Position numbers and translations under genes: made by a program | NCBI RefSeq assembly: GCF_932526225.1 | Contig: NC_064037.1 | Span: forward strand, 3,184,996 to 3,248,995 | Direction: 5' to 3' | DNA length: 64,000 bases | Source: Nematostella vectensis | Lineage: Eukaryota | Notes under the pieces: model-generated | What the model was told of the DNA's origin: nothing | What the model saw: only the letters and a program-made list of their open reading frames with translations | The model's database searches: none | Shown here: in pieces, positions 1-13,075 of the stretch | Position numbering within the stretch: position 1 is the first letter of the stretch | How the letters are laid out: each line of letters begins with the position of its first letter

Positions 1-1448
1 AGAGATAATTATTTTATGAATTCGTTTCAAGAATATGAAATTTGAATACCTGTGAACACAAAAAGGCTTTGCTCTGGATACTTCTTCCTATAACCTGTAA
101 ACTGGTGGTTCATAGAAAATGCCTCTTAGATGGTCCATCTTTTTAGAGGTTTTTTATTACAACGTCCCCTTAAGTAATTGCTAGAGAAAAAGGATTTCAC
201 TGTTCATTTTGAATAATAAAATGATAAAACTGTCGGCCCCTGAAAGCTGTGATAAAGTTTATTAGTTATAGTAGATAGATTAGCAGATTCCCCATCTTCT
301 GTTCTCCTAACGTCTCGTTATAATGAATTATTTAGAGTTGCTAATCTTTTTCAATTATAAAAGAGTAAAAAAGAAAACAAAAAAACCTATGAGGGTTTTA
401 GTATTACAGTGCTAAGTAATATTTCGCCACTTTATACCATTACTTTTATATGCCGTATCAAAAGTAAAATTATCACTTTATCTACCACTTATTGATATAT
501 TTCCAATTCAAGTCTCCCAGTTAGGGAGATACCTTTTTAGCGGTAGCCTTTTTTGTCATTAAATATTTCTATTGAATTATTGAAACAAGGATATTACAAG
601 TAATATCTTTCGTGTGGGATCCATGTAGACCAGTTGACAGTTTGCCGAGCTGGCTAAGTCAGATCTAATGCCCTAGAGTTGAGTATTGAGAGTATTTGAC
701 CTAGTCTACTTTGCCTCTTACACAGACCGGATACAGACAGAGACTTGACACTGTTTTAATGCCAAAATAAAACGATTTTTGTCACTATAGTAGTTGACAG
801 ATTCATTGTCATAAGCCTAAAAAAAACACTATAAAGCTCTTACAAGGAAAATATGCTCTCACAGTTTTCTACTGAAATTATTTGTTTACATATTTTTGTT
901 TATTTCCTCCCTTATAACAAATGATAGTGTACTAATATTACGACAACCAGAGAATAAACTTTGAAAGCTATAAAAACAAAATGCAAATATTATCTTCATG
1001 CACTGTTATTGCGAAACTCTGCGGGATTCCTGTGTTGCTCCAGATGCTTTCCGCTATTCCCACAGGGAGATTTCGATTGATTACCCAATCAAGAATTTAA
1101 TTGTTTCCATCAAAATGAAAACAGCTATGTTTACTTCTCAGTTGCCGTAAAAAAAGGTGACTGGCCTACTGGCTTAGGGTGTGAATAATTCAAGACCAAT
1201 CAATTATTTATGAAACAAAAAGAATTTAAACGTGGAAATCGATAGCGCGCACATTATAACCGCGCTAACTAAACGTGATGTGATTGACACAAGTACTTTT
1301 CGGCGTTTTCATTAACAATTTGTCACCTACAAATATCTGACAACATTTGATTAATTCGTCCAGAAAGACAATTCTATTACTGTTGACGGCACACAAGAAA
1401 AAGATAAGAGTTGCACTTACGCGCCTCACTATAATTTGATCATCCGCA

Positions 1449-2465
1449 ATGTCCTACTACATGTTTTACGATGGCTATTTCCTCACAGCAAGCTTGCCTC
1501 TAGCGATACTCTTCATAGTCTTTGGTTTGTTCACCGTTGTGGGTAATATTATGGTTTGTGCTGTCTTTATACGCGATCCAGGGCGTAATCTGAGAAGAAT
1601 ATCGAACTACTTTGTGGTGAATCTTGCTTTAGCAGATATTCTGGTTGGGGTGACCGTTGAACCGATAAACGCCGCGAGTTATTGGTTGAACAGAAACGAC
1701 ATTTTGTTCGCGTACTACATTTTCGCAGTGCTTTCCTGTGTGTGTTCTATAGTGAACATTTGCGCGCTAATGGTGGACAGGTATATAGCGGTGAGTCGCG
1801 CATTCAGATACCGCACAATTGTCACTTCATTCCGCGTAAGAATTTCTCTGGTCGCCATCTGGGCTTTCGCGCTTCATTTTGCTCTTCTACCAATAATCGG
1901 TTGGCGCTCCGCCAGCTACCAAGTGTACTTATACGCACTGGGAGTTCTTTCACCGACATTGGTGATGTTGCTATCGTTTTATGGCTTGCGGCGAATACTC
2001 AAGAAACAAGTTGAGGACTTGAAGTCTTTATCTAACGCTACAGAAACGGCGTACACCCGGCGGGGTGTGGAGAGAGAGAAGCGTGTCTCAACAACAGTCT
2101 TCATCATGCTTGTGGTGTTCTTAATTTCGTGGTTTCCATTTGTAATAGTGGACTTCTTATTGGTGTTTGGGTCAACTAGCCAAGACCCTAGGGTTCGTTT
2201 GGCCAGGGACATCACTTTATCCCTGGGTTTCTTCTCTTCAGGCATAAACCCTGTTCTTTACGCGTGGAGAATTCCAGATTTTCGTAGGGGGCTGATGCTG
2301 TTATTTGGTTGTAAAAGATTCAGAAGAGTTCACAACACTGGGAATTCGGACACTGACCAAACTCAATTTAGTGTTGGGCGAACAAGGTTTATTACTGTTA
2401 AGAACTTTTCAGGCAATTCTGGGGATAGTAGTGTCAGGTGCATCGGATTTAGCAATGTGAAGTAG
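1449..2465 (+). CDS. intronless class A (rhodopsin-like) GPCR, orphan
   Basis: 338-aa ORF with 7 hydrophobic segments; NLALADIL (TM2), VDRYIAV (DRY after TM3), SWFP (TM6), NPVLYAW (NPxxY in TM7); 1017 nt including stop. Confidence 0.8.
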   Translation: MSYYMFYDGYFLTASLPLAILFIVFGLFTVVGNIMVCAVFIRDPGRNLRRISNYFVVNLALADILVGVTVEPINAASYWLNRNDILFAYYIFAVLSCVCSIVNICALMVDRYIAVSRAFRYRTIVTSFRVRISLVAIWAFALHFALLPIIGWRSASYQVYLYALGVLSPTLVMLLSFYGLRRILKKQVEDLKSLSNATETAYTRRGVEREKRVSTTVFIMLVVFLISWFPFVIVDFLLVFGSTSQDPRVRLARDITLSLGFFSSGINPVLYAWRIPDFRRGLMLLFGCKRFRRVHNTGNSDTDQTQFSVGRTRFITVKNFSGNSGDSSVRCIGFSNVK

Positions 2466-5400
2466 CTTGACCCAAGCAGACCGCCCCCGGGAGACCTGCA
2501 CTACTTCATTCGCGATAAGACACTTTTTTGGGCCATAAAATTGGTCTTTTGGGGCAAGAAATGTTAATTGCTTACTCTAACTCAAAGCGACAAAAGGAAG
2601 ATATCCTTCTTAGCACCTCTACTTTCGGGATAATTGAGTCTTTTTTTTTAATTAAGACGTCTATGACGTGAAGGACAATGTGATGATAAACGTTTAGCCG
2701 GTTACACAATTGAGGTATTGAAAAGGGTTTAGCGCCAATCAATTAAAGAGTTTCTCTTTCTTCGCGTTTAACTGTGAACACAGTGGTCTTGAAACGCGAT
2801 GACGTGAAAGGGTAAATTTTAAAAACTGAAACAAACCGCTATGTGTGCTAAAAAAGCTCTTATTACCACGGCTTGCAAAGACAGGAATTGTGAACAAAAG
2901 TGCTAAACAGAACGGCGACGGCAGAGAACAATGAAGAATGTTTGAAAAAAATCTTAATTTCCTTTCATTAATTCTGTCTGAAAGATTTCAACATTATTCC
3001 ATCGACTTTCGTAGGAAAAACTACGGGGAAAGTTTCATGCGATGACATAGACCTTAGCACTGTAAACTCGCTTATCCTTGAAATAAAGTTTACAATTATT
3101 TTCTTTATCTTTTCTGCGTATAAAGTATTTTTATTTGGAATGAATGCGATATCTTGCACAAGTGCCAAGGAACTTTTCTCAAGCTCCTAAAATGGCGATT
3201 TCGTCCACGTCACTCAAAACATTCTTTCTCTATACAAATGTTGGTTCTCGTTGTGACATATTAAAAGGCTTTTTGCTAACAGATCAGATAGATTACAACA
3301 AGGAGAAAAAAAACACCTTCACAACGAGTGATACTCAGAGTAATATGCAGGTTTACAATATGTCGCCACGGGAAGATATTGGAGGTGGGGGAAAATGGGT
3401 AAATTTTCACCAACCAAAAGGGGGGAGGGGGGGGAGCAACGAAAAAATAGAGCCCTCTAAAAGTGTGTGTGTGTGTGGGGGGGGGGGGGGGTCTGAATGT
3501 TTTTATTAGCTCTACTGAAACCATGGAAATTGACATTTTCTTAGTATGTTCTTGGAATTTGGTGAAATCTCAGGCTGGACGTTCTTATGAAAAAGGTTCC
3601 ATAAATGATATTCTAGAAAGATGTATCATCTATATACTTTAATATTTTTCAGTGCCCCCATTAACATTACAGTAGTCACTAGTCTCAGAATCCTTATAAT
3701 CTTGAAAATATTGGGGGCACATGCTCCCATTGCCGAACTCCCTGCTAAGGCCCCATACGCGCATGCGTGACACTAAGAGCGGAGCGGCTGCTAAGCAGAC
3801 TAACCTCCAGTCCACCATCGCAGTCCTGGTAGAGAAGTGTCAAGATGCCAAACTCACTGTGTTTTCCGCACCTCATCTTGCTTGACTCCGTCGTGATTTT
3901 ATGATAAAAGAGGCGTTTGACCCGCGTTATACCCTAAAGACCATGTCGATTTTGGCGAAGTGTATAATTAGGCCTTAAGGAAATCAAACAGAATGACATT
4001 TATTTAACAACTGCACGCGCTACCGTGGCCAATAAAAAGTGTTCCATTTAGTTTTCTAAATAGAAAACACGCAGTCCTGGTAAAGGAGTGTCAAAATCGC
4101 AAGGGTTTGTGTCCTGTCCCAGTAGACTATGAAACGTTCCTTTTGCTACGATTTAAATCGTTGCCCCGCACTATCTGATTGGCCACACGGTATAGCTAGC
4201 GTCGCGGAATTACTTATACCAAGCCAAGCCCAAGGGCAACCGCAGACAATACTCTCATGAGAAGGATATGGAAATCGCTATATGCAGCGAGCGAACCGAG
4301 TTCTTGAGCTCAGGAACGCTTTCATCTGACCAAATCTACCAAGGAATAGATGGAATAACTTGCAACCCTCGCTATACGGACAACCTATTACAAACACTTT
4401 GTTATTACGAACAGAGCTGAAATAAGGTCACCCTGGCTGCGAACAAACTCGAGGTCACCCCACCCCCCCTACCACCACCACGAAACCAAAAACAGAGCGT
4501 GTCTTAAACCGAAACAACGGATCGCAAAATCAGCGGAAGGTATTTTCTCAGTTTCTTAAGTCAACTTTATTCCCACTGCCGTTGATGAAGTCTGTAAAGT
4601 GCGCAGTCTTGAAACCCTTTCCCTCTGCCTGTAGTAAAAAGTCTGTCATCAGACAAATCCGGCGACAGGAGAACGTACCTGATTGGTCAGGTTCATATAA
4701 CGTCAGAGAATTGCAAAACACGTAGAAATATAAACTGCAGCAAATTCCATTGTCAATTCAAAATTACTTTTTCAAAATTTAAATTTTGGTGTTCTCTCTG
4801 GACATGGAGCTACAGCCAAATCTAAACAATCATTATAAGATCAGAGCGGCACTACGGTATTTTAATAAAAAGGCACTTGCTTAGATCTTGTTAATCGAAC
4901 AGGTGTAAAAGAGGATAGAATATAAAAATCCTGATGCATAGAAAAGAGGGTAAGGAACTTAACAGTTTTCAATCTGATGATTTTTAAACATATTTTCAAG
5001 GGTCTGGCGGGATATCTCGGAGATGGTGAGCATTTGAAAATCGGCGAGCAAGGTAAGGGTGATCTGGAAAGGGGTGTACTTGTGTGCGTTCAGGGTTTGT
5101 AATAACGTAAGGGATAGGTTACACATTTCCTGGATATGCCCATGAAAGTCTGAGATAACATTTTCTTGCCTCGGCCATGGTAGATAGGCTAAGACGTTGT
5201 TAATAGCGACGGATCGTGAAGACTGGACCTTACATCAAAATAGAAGGTTATTAGTAGGAGAATTGTGGTCTGATTTCAAGTACTGGGATTAGAACAATCA
5301 CCAATGGAAATAATACTGTTGCTTCCTAGAACTGCTGCGCGACGGTTTTGGGGAGACACCGCTGTTCCACTGCCTGGTCGCCGAGGAGGTCAGACATAAA

Positions 5401-5784
5401 GAAGGTAGCCTTAGAGGTGTCACATTTATCTTTCAATTTGGGCCCATAATTTTGTATTCTTTTATTAATCGTAGGTCCCTTTTTAGCCTGTCGGTCCATA
5501 ATTATTTATCCTTTTATTAATCGTAGGTCCCTATTCCGCCCGCCGGAAATATGTACAAAAAAATAGCGAGGAGAAATTTAAGAATTCTTAGTTCTCAAGA
5601 CCCGATTTCCAGGTGGGTGTGCGGACCCAGAAATGAGTCGAAAAATCGAAACCAGTTAGCTTGGTGTTTCCCGAGGCTAGAAAAGGTTACCAAAGTTAGC
5701 AGAGGGGCGGATCCACCCCTTGTTGTTTTGCTTTTAAATGTTCTTTTGCTTTTAGATAGCACACGAAAAAGGATGCGCGCGCAT

Positions 5785-5940
5785 ACAGTGGATGTCACCA
5801 AAGTGGATGTCACCGATAGGGGTGCGATTAAGGAAATGCTTCTTGGAGTAGCTATCTACTTCTTTACCTACTCTACATGGGAGGGACCTATGTTGTACCT
5901 GGAGGATCTGTTTGTCATTCCGTTAGTGCGAGGTCGGTGT
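5785..5940 (+). pseudogene. isolated exon-like fragment resembling diamine (spermidine/spermine) N1-acetyltransferase (GNAT)
   Basis: Translation GAIKEMLLGVAIYFFTYSTWEGPMLYLEDLFVIPLVRG resembles SAT1 core ([29 protein letters not shown]). Possible donor after ...LVR. No other SAT1-like exons found nearby and the RGFGIG acetyl-CoA motif is absent in the read-through. Confidence 0.3.
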
Positions 5941-8701
5941 AGTACTGAGGGACGTGAGAGGGGAGACGTTCTATTGTACATGCGAGGGACCCATGCCCTA
6001 TTTGAAATATTTTTTTTTCGTCTCCGTTCGTGCGGGGTGTGCTAAAGACAGGGGAGGGGGGAGGGGTACCATAGAAAGGCATTTCTACAAAACTAATTTC
6101 ACTTAGAGAAATTGGGAAAAAAATTGTACGAAAGCAAAACAATCGTCTTAATCGACAGTTAATTGCTCCTTTTAACTTCTTAAACAATGCTGTTTTCTGG
6201 CTTGTTGATGAATGGAATTTTATCGCAACTTTAGAAACTTCACTATTTATACGATACGCGGGCACACTCTTATTCGCTTATGTGCTGTTGCACATTTTTC
6301 CCTTTTTTTCTTCCCTTTCTATTTTCAATCAGTAATTTTGTCGAGGGGTTGTTGATTTTTATCATGTTATTTGTTTTGATATCTAGGTGTGGGAATTGGT
6401 ACATTTTGGATCAAGATTCAAACAAATACCCTTCATCTATGTCACCACATGGTGCCCAAAATGTTGCCTAGGGTTTTTTTTTTCACAGAGATGCGCTGTC
6501 GAAGTTTTCATAGAAATGCAAAAAGTTTATTATTATATTTTTTTTCCTCCTCCAAGTTAACTTAAAAGAGGGTTCAACATATTCATGGCATATATGATCC
6601 CTAAGGGTTGCTGTTTTTTCTAACAAAATGGCAAGACAAGGATGAAAACGCAACACAAATCAAACATAATCGCATTAATCAAGTAGTTGCGTCTACTTAA
6701 CTTCTCACTTGCTCTTGCGTTCCAGTGAGAATCGGAAAATCATGAGCGTTGCGCTTGCGTCCTAGTAAAATCCAACCTTAATGTTTCATGTATTCCTCTA
6801 AAAAACTCCTTACACTCCTTCACTCTTGCCTAAGTACAGTCTGCACAATGTAATTGCACCTCATCATGGAATCTTCTTCAGGGTATCTAGTCTTTTGCGA
6901 TGGTTTTGACCTCTGTAACATAATGCACTTTGAGCTTAACTGCTTGCTTAAACCATGCATCCCCCAGGTACAGCAGAGCTGGCCTTAAGAGGCGGGAGAA
7001 AGGGGGCACAAGACAAAGACAATAGGTCCTAAAACTCCATGCAAACTAGCGTTGTCAACCCTTTCCCCTTGAATTGCTCTACATGTATCACCTATTTCCA
7101 TACCACTCTGAACGTGGACCTCCTTGTCTGCCACCCGAGTTACTTCTCCAATCCTAAGATGGTGCATTCACATCACCAAGAACAGGAGAGTTATGATAGC
7201 TTTCTGAGTGAGCAATCAGCGGTTGCATAAGCATAAAACATGCAAACTCTGAAGAGAAAATACAAAGCATTTATAAAAAATATAAAACATAATTATTATA
7301 AGTTATAGCATGACACAAGGGGAATTTAGTGATTAATACCCCTGAGGGATGATTAAGTTAGATGACTTTTTCCAGCCATCCCAAGGTTGCTGGAAATTGC
7401 ATTCACAATTAAATCACAAAATACCCTGAGAAGCCAAGCTATAACATTGTAACACCCTGATCATTGAGGAAATAGAACATTAAATGATGAGTTAGTTATG
7501 TTACGTTGAAGGAGCAAACATGGTTCAGTGAATCTACATTTTCACAAACAATCCTTAAAGCAACAACTACACAATAAAAAAGATTTACATATTTGCTCTA
7601 CCGCCCAGCAGTTTTGTTATGTTATGTCAATGACAATCCCACATGGGCCTATAACGTTGTTTAGGTATCACAAGATTAAGGTATGGTGTCAATTCCTTTA
7701 ATGCTGCCTTCTATTTGTTTCCTTTTGAAGATAAGTATTTTAGTAAACTTCCCTCATACATCTGAAATGTCATAACAAAGGATTCTTTCATCCAAATTTC
7801 CCTCAACCTTATGCATAAAGGAAATAAAGAGGCATCTATTTTTAAGGTAATTTTGCTAGTAAACTTTTCTATGAAAACAAAAGAAACTGATGTGATCATG
7901 GTATTACATTACATAATTACATTTTATGAGTAAATTGTGTCACACTAGTCAAATTAAGTTTTACTAATTAAGTTTTACTGAGACCAGAAATACAATCTCT
8001 GTGCTAGCCAGTTGAAAATATATATTTTAGAGTTTTCTTTTAAAAATACCACTATTTATAAAAAAAAAAAAAAACAATCATCACATGCTGATTGGCTAAT
8101 TCAGAGAAAGGAATGTTTGGTTTGAATAAGAATCTGTTGTGTGGTCAGTATGCATGAGCACAGAAAGGAACCCAGAACATGCCAACTTTTCTACCAAGTA
8201 AATTTCAGGCAAGTTTTCAATTAAAAAAAAAACCCTTTTATGGTCGTGCTAAAATACAGGTACCACCCCTTCCCTTATCATGGTGCCAATATACAAGTAG
8301 GAGTGGCACCTACTTTGTTCATAATAAAAAGAAGCCAAAATAAATTCTTGACAGCTAAAGCCAAGGCAAGTGTGACTTAAGAATATTCTACACAGCTAAG
8401 AAGAAATGTAGCTTCTATTATAACATATTTTTATAAACGTTCACGGCCGGCCATCAGCCTCGGACAGTATTTTCAAGACCTTGGTCCCGGTATTTCACAA
8501 TACGGACCTCCCACCCGGCAAATAACCCCTATTTATTAGGACGACCAATAGAAAGCCTTAGAAATCAATCCCCCCAACCCAAATCTAGCCTTTTGGCCTG
8601 CACGCCCCGCTTCCCCTTATCTTTATAATACTAGTACCAAAGATCCTGGCTACCCATTATGCCATTATTACTACCCATTATGCTGCTAATGCCTGTTAAA
8701 T

Positions 8702-9447
8702 CTAATCCGGGTTGGAATCATCCCTTGGCTCACCATGTGTTGTCTCATCGGGGGCTGATTCCTTGTCGGATGTTGACGATGCCGAATCATCACAGTCCCT
8801 ATTAGCTGCCTCTGTGGGTGACCCAGAAAGTGCTTGTACTGATACATCCTCAGTACTAGTCCACTGGTTATCGGCTGTAGAAGTTTCTGTTGTCTGATTT
8901 TTCAGATCGGCAAGTTCAGAAACTGTAAGTCCCTTTAATCGTATTCCTGCAACACCTTTACGGTCAGCATTAGGTTTATCTCTTTTTATCCGGCGTCGCC
9001 TCCCGGGCTCATTCCTTCGCATTTGGAACATATTCTCGAAATCAATAAGGTATAGAAAGCCGGCAATCAATAATGTACAAGAACGCTTGCCTCCTTTGAA
9101 TGCCGACTCGACTTCTTTAGAGGTCTTAGTATCGTATTGCCACCAGCCATTGCGACCTTCGTAAAACCATACATACTCGTCGGCCGGAGGGTCTGAAGGT
9201 GCTTTATCGGAGCTTGAAGACTGCCCAGACACGACTTTGACCAATGTCGGCTTGTCTAGGTAATCTGGCGATATAGGTTGGCGGCAAATCGCACATTTTC
9301 GGCTTCTAAGAGCCACTCCTTTGATGCAGAGAAAGCAAAACATGTGGCCGCATGGCAGACGAACGGGATACGAAGCTTGTTGCAAACATACGGGACAATC
9401 AGGCTGATAATCCAACTCGAATATGTTTTGAAGAACTTCTTCTTCCT
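8702..9447 (-). CDS. RNF146: RNF146/Iduna-like RING + WWE E3 ubiquitin ligase, main coding exon (includes stop)
   Basis: C3HC4 RING (CPVCLQQ...CGHMFCFLC...CAICRQ) followed by WWE domain with YEGRNGWWQYD...LIAGFLYLIDFENMFQMRRNEPGRRRRIKRD, nearly identical to human RNF146; acidic Ser-rich tail; acceptor ...atacag| at 9448-9450. Confidence 0.85.
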
Positions 9448-9600
9448 CTGTATCACCAAAAATACAACAGTATGAGACTAAATATCTTGGCGTAGATAAG
9501 TAAACGTATACAGCTAGAATTGAGCATAAAAACATCAATTGTCAACAAAGATGTTCATGACAAGTGCAAATGTTTTCGAATTCATAACATAACTTTTTAC

Positions 9601-9694
9601 CATTTTTCACAGGTTCTGCGGAGTCTGATACATCTTCCTTGGATGAGGATATATCACTCTGCCGTTCTTTAACATTTTCGGGACCTTCTGCCAT
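9601..9694 (-). CDS. RNF146: RNF146-like putative first coding exon (MAEGPENVKERQSDISSSKEDVSDSAEPVKN)
   Basis: Minus-strand ATG at 9694. Donor G|GTAAAA at 9600-9599. The +1 phase joins in frame with the 9447 acceptor, giving a 279-aa protein. No homology support for this exon. Confidence 0.45.
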
Positions 9695-9839
9695 GTAGAT
9701 AGAAAAATAATCGGGATAATTTTGTTCCGTGTTTTGCTGCAGATTTTACGAATCGCGGCTGTCAGGACTAGAACCCAGCCGCACGCGGACATAGTGCAGG
9801 GGTTTCGGATCCCAGATCCCAGCATTTATCAAAGAGGTT

Positions 9840-9866
9840 GGGGGGGGGGGGGGGGGGGGGGGGGGG
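9840..9866. repeat. 27-nt homopolymer G tract upstream of RNF146-like start
   Basis: Uninterrupted G27 followed by AGGGGAGG; about 150 bp 5' of the putative minus-strand ATG. Confidence 0.9.
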
Positions 9867-10452
9867 AGGGGAGGACTGCGACGGGTGCTACTGGACCACC
9901 AGTACAAAGTTAAAAGAAAGTTAACCAATCAACATTATTTGCCTGCATCACATTGTTTTTTGTGTTATATTGTTCTATTCATATTGTTTTTATATAAGGG
10001 GCAGTGGTGGTTCTTTGTTATGTTGAAGTAGACAGCAACACAAGTAATGAAATGGGAGGGGCTCTAAGATGTGGTGAAACCCCAGTACAAATATACATAA
10101 AAACGACTGAGGGAAACAAGTATTTATTTATTTCGTTTTCTCTTTTTTTACATAAGCGTTGTATTAATCAAATTCAACTTAGTTTATTGTCTCAACTGAA
10201 CATCAACTTAGAAGTCTTCATAATCTCCATACCATAAATCTTTAGAGTAATCTAAAATATTTTTGTGCCCCTATATTTTACAAACTTTGATTGAACATGG
10301 ATTGGAAAAACAACCACTGACAGAGTTTATACCACCATATCAATCTTCGTGTTTAAGCTACCAGACACTGTGCTGCCTCAAGATGATGTATGACTGTCAG
10401 TTATGGGGTGTTCGAATAATTACTTGTCGGCAATGCTGTCGCTTTAAAAACT

Positions 10453-10760
10453 ACTGGTTGTCAATGCTGTGCTAAGATGATTACTGGTCAGCAATATACT
10501 GTGCTAATAATAATGGTTACTGGTTGGTAATGCTGTGCTATAATGATTATTGGTAGACAATGCTGTGCTATGGTGATTACTGGTTGGTAATACCGTGCTA
10601 ATAATTATGGTGACTGGTCGGCAATGCTGTGCTATAATGATTGCTGGTCGACAATGCTGTGCTAGAAAATAATCACTAGTTGGTATTACTGTTTTAAGAT
10701 AATTTGTTGTAGTCAGCAATGCACTGCTTTTATAATTACTTATCAGCAATGCTGTTGCAC
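10453..10760. repeat. minisatellite, about 30-33 bp unit (ctggttggtaatgctgtgctataatgattact), about 9 copies
   Basis: Direct reading; spurious ORF 10504-10767 lies inside it. Confidence 0.85.
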
Positions 10761-10799
10761 AGAGCAAACACTGTGTCCACTGTCTTGTGATGGGGGTTT

Positions 10800-12075
10800 A
10801 CCAAGTGAATCTCTCGGTTACATCTAGAGAGCTGGTTTTGAAGTTCCTGAAATCCACAATCCCCAGACAGGACAGTGAAGGGGATGGACTTTGGAAGCAT
10901 GATGTCAAGCTTGTAAGCCTGTGATAAAGAAAAACTGTGGATTGTAATTCCACTTACCTCTATCTAAATTTAATATTCAATAAAGGATAGACCATTTTAA
11001 GATGTTTCACTGTGTGGCTGGGGGGAGGGGTATTTTTATATTAATGAAAATTTTCTCCCCTCCCCCCCCCACTATAATATTATATATAACACTTGTCAGA
11101 CACTGGGAATTGCTTTGTAGGAGACTAGTCACTTGTCAAAGCATAAACACAAATGTAGAGCACACGATTCCCCTCTGAGAGAAGTGAAGCACACATCCCA
11201 GACCAGGGCTAACCTGAGCACATAGCGCAAAGTCTGCTGCATCCTTTGAACCACTGCATTTTGGGTGCAGGTAAAAACAGTTGTGATTCTCCAGTTCCTG
11301 AAAAAGAGCTGAACCCTTGGGCGGGTCCCAGGAGGTGTTGCCACTCCAGAACCCCCAGACAAATGTTCTCTGAGAAAATGGTAGGTCTGATTTGAAGATT
11401 CCTTTCCAGTTATCAATATCAACCTGGAAAACATACAGAACAAGTTTCCTCTAACAAGATTGTAAAAAGTGTAGTAGTTTTTTTTTCAGTTGGCTCTTAC
11501 CAGCACAATATGTCGCATGTTCCGCAAAAATGGCACTTCTGGTTGTCTGTCACAAGTATTTGAAGTCAAAGATGATTGGACCACATCCATTGAAGGATTC
11601 ACAATTGATGAAGTAGAAGAGACATTACTTGACCTTGAAATTCCATGTTTTCTCTCTCTTGTTCTTGCTTTTCTTCTCTGGGTCTTACTCAAAACAGTTA
11701 TGTTTGTTTGTTTTGGGGGTTTCTCACCAGGTTCCTATTCTAAGGGTTTGTTTGAAGTACAATTGGTAAAATTTGAGCTAGAAACCACCACGGTGGTTCC
11801 ATTCACAAGTCTCCTCATTTCTGTTGGTTGGCCATTCCTAATGGTACATTCAAAAGTCATAGGCTGCTTGATAGCGTCAAGTTTTCCAGTGGATGAGAAA
11901 GAAGTGTTAGTGCTTGTAGAAATGTCATGTCTTGCCTTCTTGGCAGGTGGTCCACCATGTGACGGGTTTGATGCTTTCAGGCCATAGCCAGCCTTATAGG
12001 AAAAAAAGAAGCCACAACTTAATATAAATCTATCAGGACTTACTTTCTTTAACCAACACTGATTACTCAACAAGT
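10800..12075 (-). CDS. unidentified multi-exon ORF cluster (Ser/Thr-rich, basic NLS-like KTQRRKARTRERK); exon boundaries not resolved
   Basis: Consecutive minus-strand open frames 11735-12073, 11486-11692 (ends at donor ctg|gtaaga), 11130-11445 and 10800-10920, with GT donors between them. No family recognised. Confidence 0.3.
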
Positions 12076-13075
12076 GGAAAGGTTACAAGCACTACCATTT
12101 CCTTTATCAATAAACAGAGGTGGAGAGAGGAACAAAAAGAGGAACATTTTCTTTATCAATAACCAAAGCTCAGTGGCATAGGCCTGCCCTGAGGGTTCAA
12201 TCCCAGGCCATGTCAACTTGAAGTTTTTTTAGAAGTGTAGAAACCTGGCTTTCTGCATTGGGGACTGTGAATCACTCAAGATAGGGCCAAAACAGGGGGG
12301 GAGGGAAGTACTGAGGGGACTTAAATTATAATGAACCCCCAGATTGATTGGCTCTTCTTGAAGCCTACAGGACTTACCTATAACACCAAAAGTATGACAG
12401 ATACCCAAAGGAACAAGGAAGACCCTAATCATCTCCACTTAAGAAACACCTGGAACCTGCTACCTACTTGAGTTAGCTGTGCTGTCAGTGAGACAGTCTG
12501 TGGTTGCAAGCATTTCATTCTAATGTGTTCCCTAATGCCACCTTCTGTTTGGAATCATTTACAGCACTGCAAAAATAAATTGGGCAGGTATTTTTTATCT
12601 TCAAATAGATTTGACAATCAGGTCTACAATCTTATCATTATTTTATTATTTTTTTTTTTTTTTTGGGGGGGGGGGGTTAGATAACAAGTCTCTATACTTT
12701 CTTTTTGGGGAGCCTTTTATTTACTGTAGTTATAAGGTAAAAATAAAAAAACATCTGTCTGTCTGACAGACCCTGCCCCAACTGTCATAGATGTAGCCCC
12801 TACCCCACACCCACCACCACCACCACCCCTCAGACTTATACTGTAAAGTTATGAAGTAGGAGTAATGATCACCAATGTATTTTATCAGTTCCTAGTAACC
12901 ATAAATACAAAAGTGTTACTTTTGTTAAACTCACCTTAAAGCATGCATAAGGCTTACTACTGTATCCTGCTTTAGAAGAAGAACTCACTGAAGAACTAGA
13001 TGAGGAACTTGTTATGCATCTGGATGACGACATTGCTGTAGACTTTGATGACGATATTGTTATAGACTTTGATAC

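Noticed and set aside
1682-2245. ORFs 1682-2014 (+) and 1979-2245 (-) overlapping GPCR1
   Set aside because: These are alternative-frame and antisense ORFs inside a well-supported 7TM coding sequence.
9607-9825. 72-aa minus-strand ORF upstream of RNF146-like exon
   Set aside because: It is the wrong frame relative to the ATG-initiated exon 1 model (9601-9694) and has no homology. It overlaps the 5' UTR or intron.
12166-12212. tRNA-like motif (gctcagtgg...gggttcaatccc)
   Set aside because: It has a D-loop-like and a T-loop-like box only about 25 nt apart, with no anticodon arm or acceptor stem. It is more likely a tRNA-derived SINE fragment than a tRNA gene. A similar GGTTCTAGTCC motif on the minus strand at 9760-9800 was rejected for the same reason.
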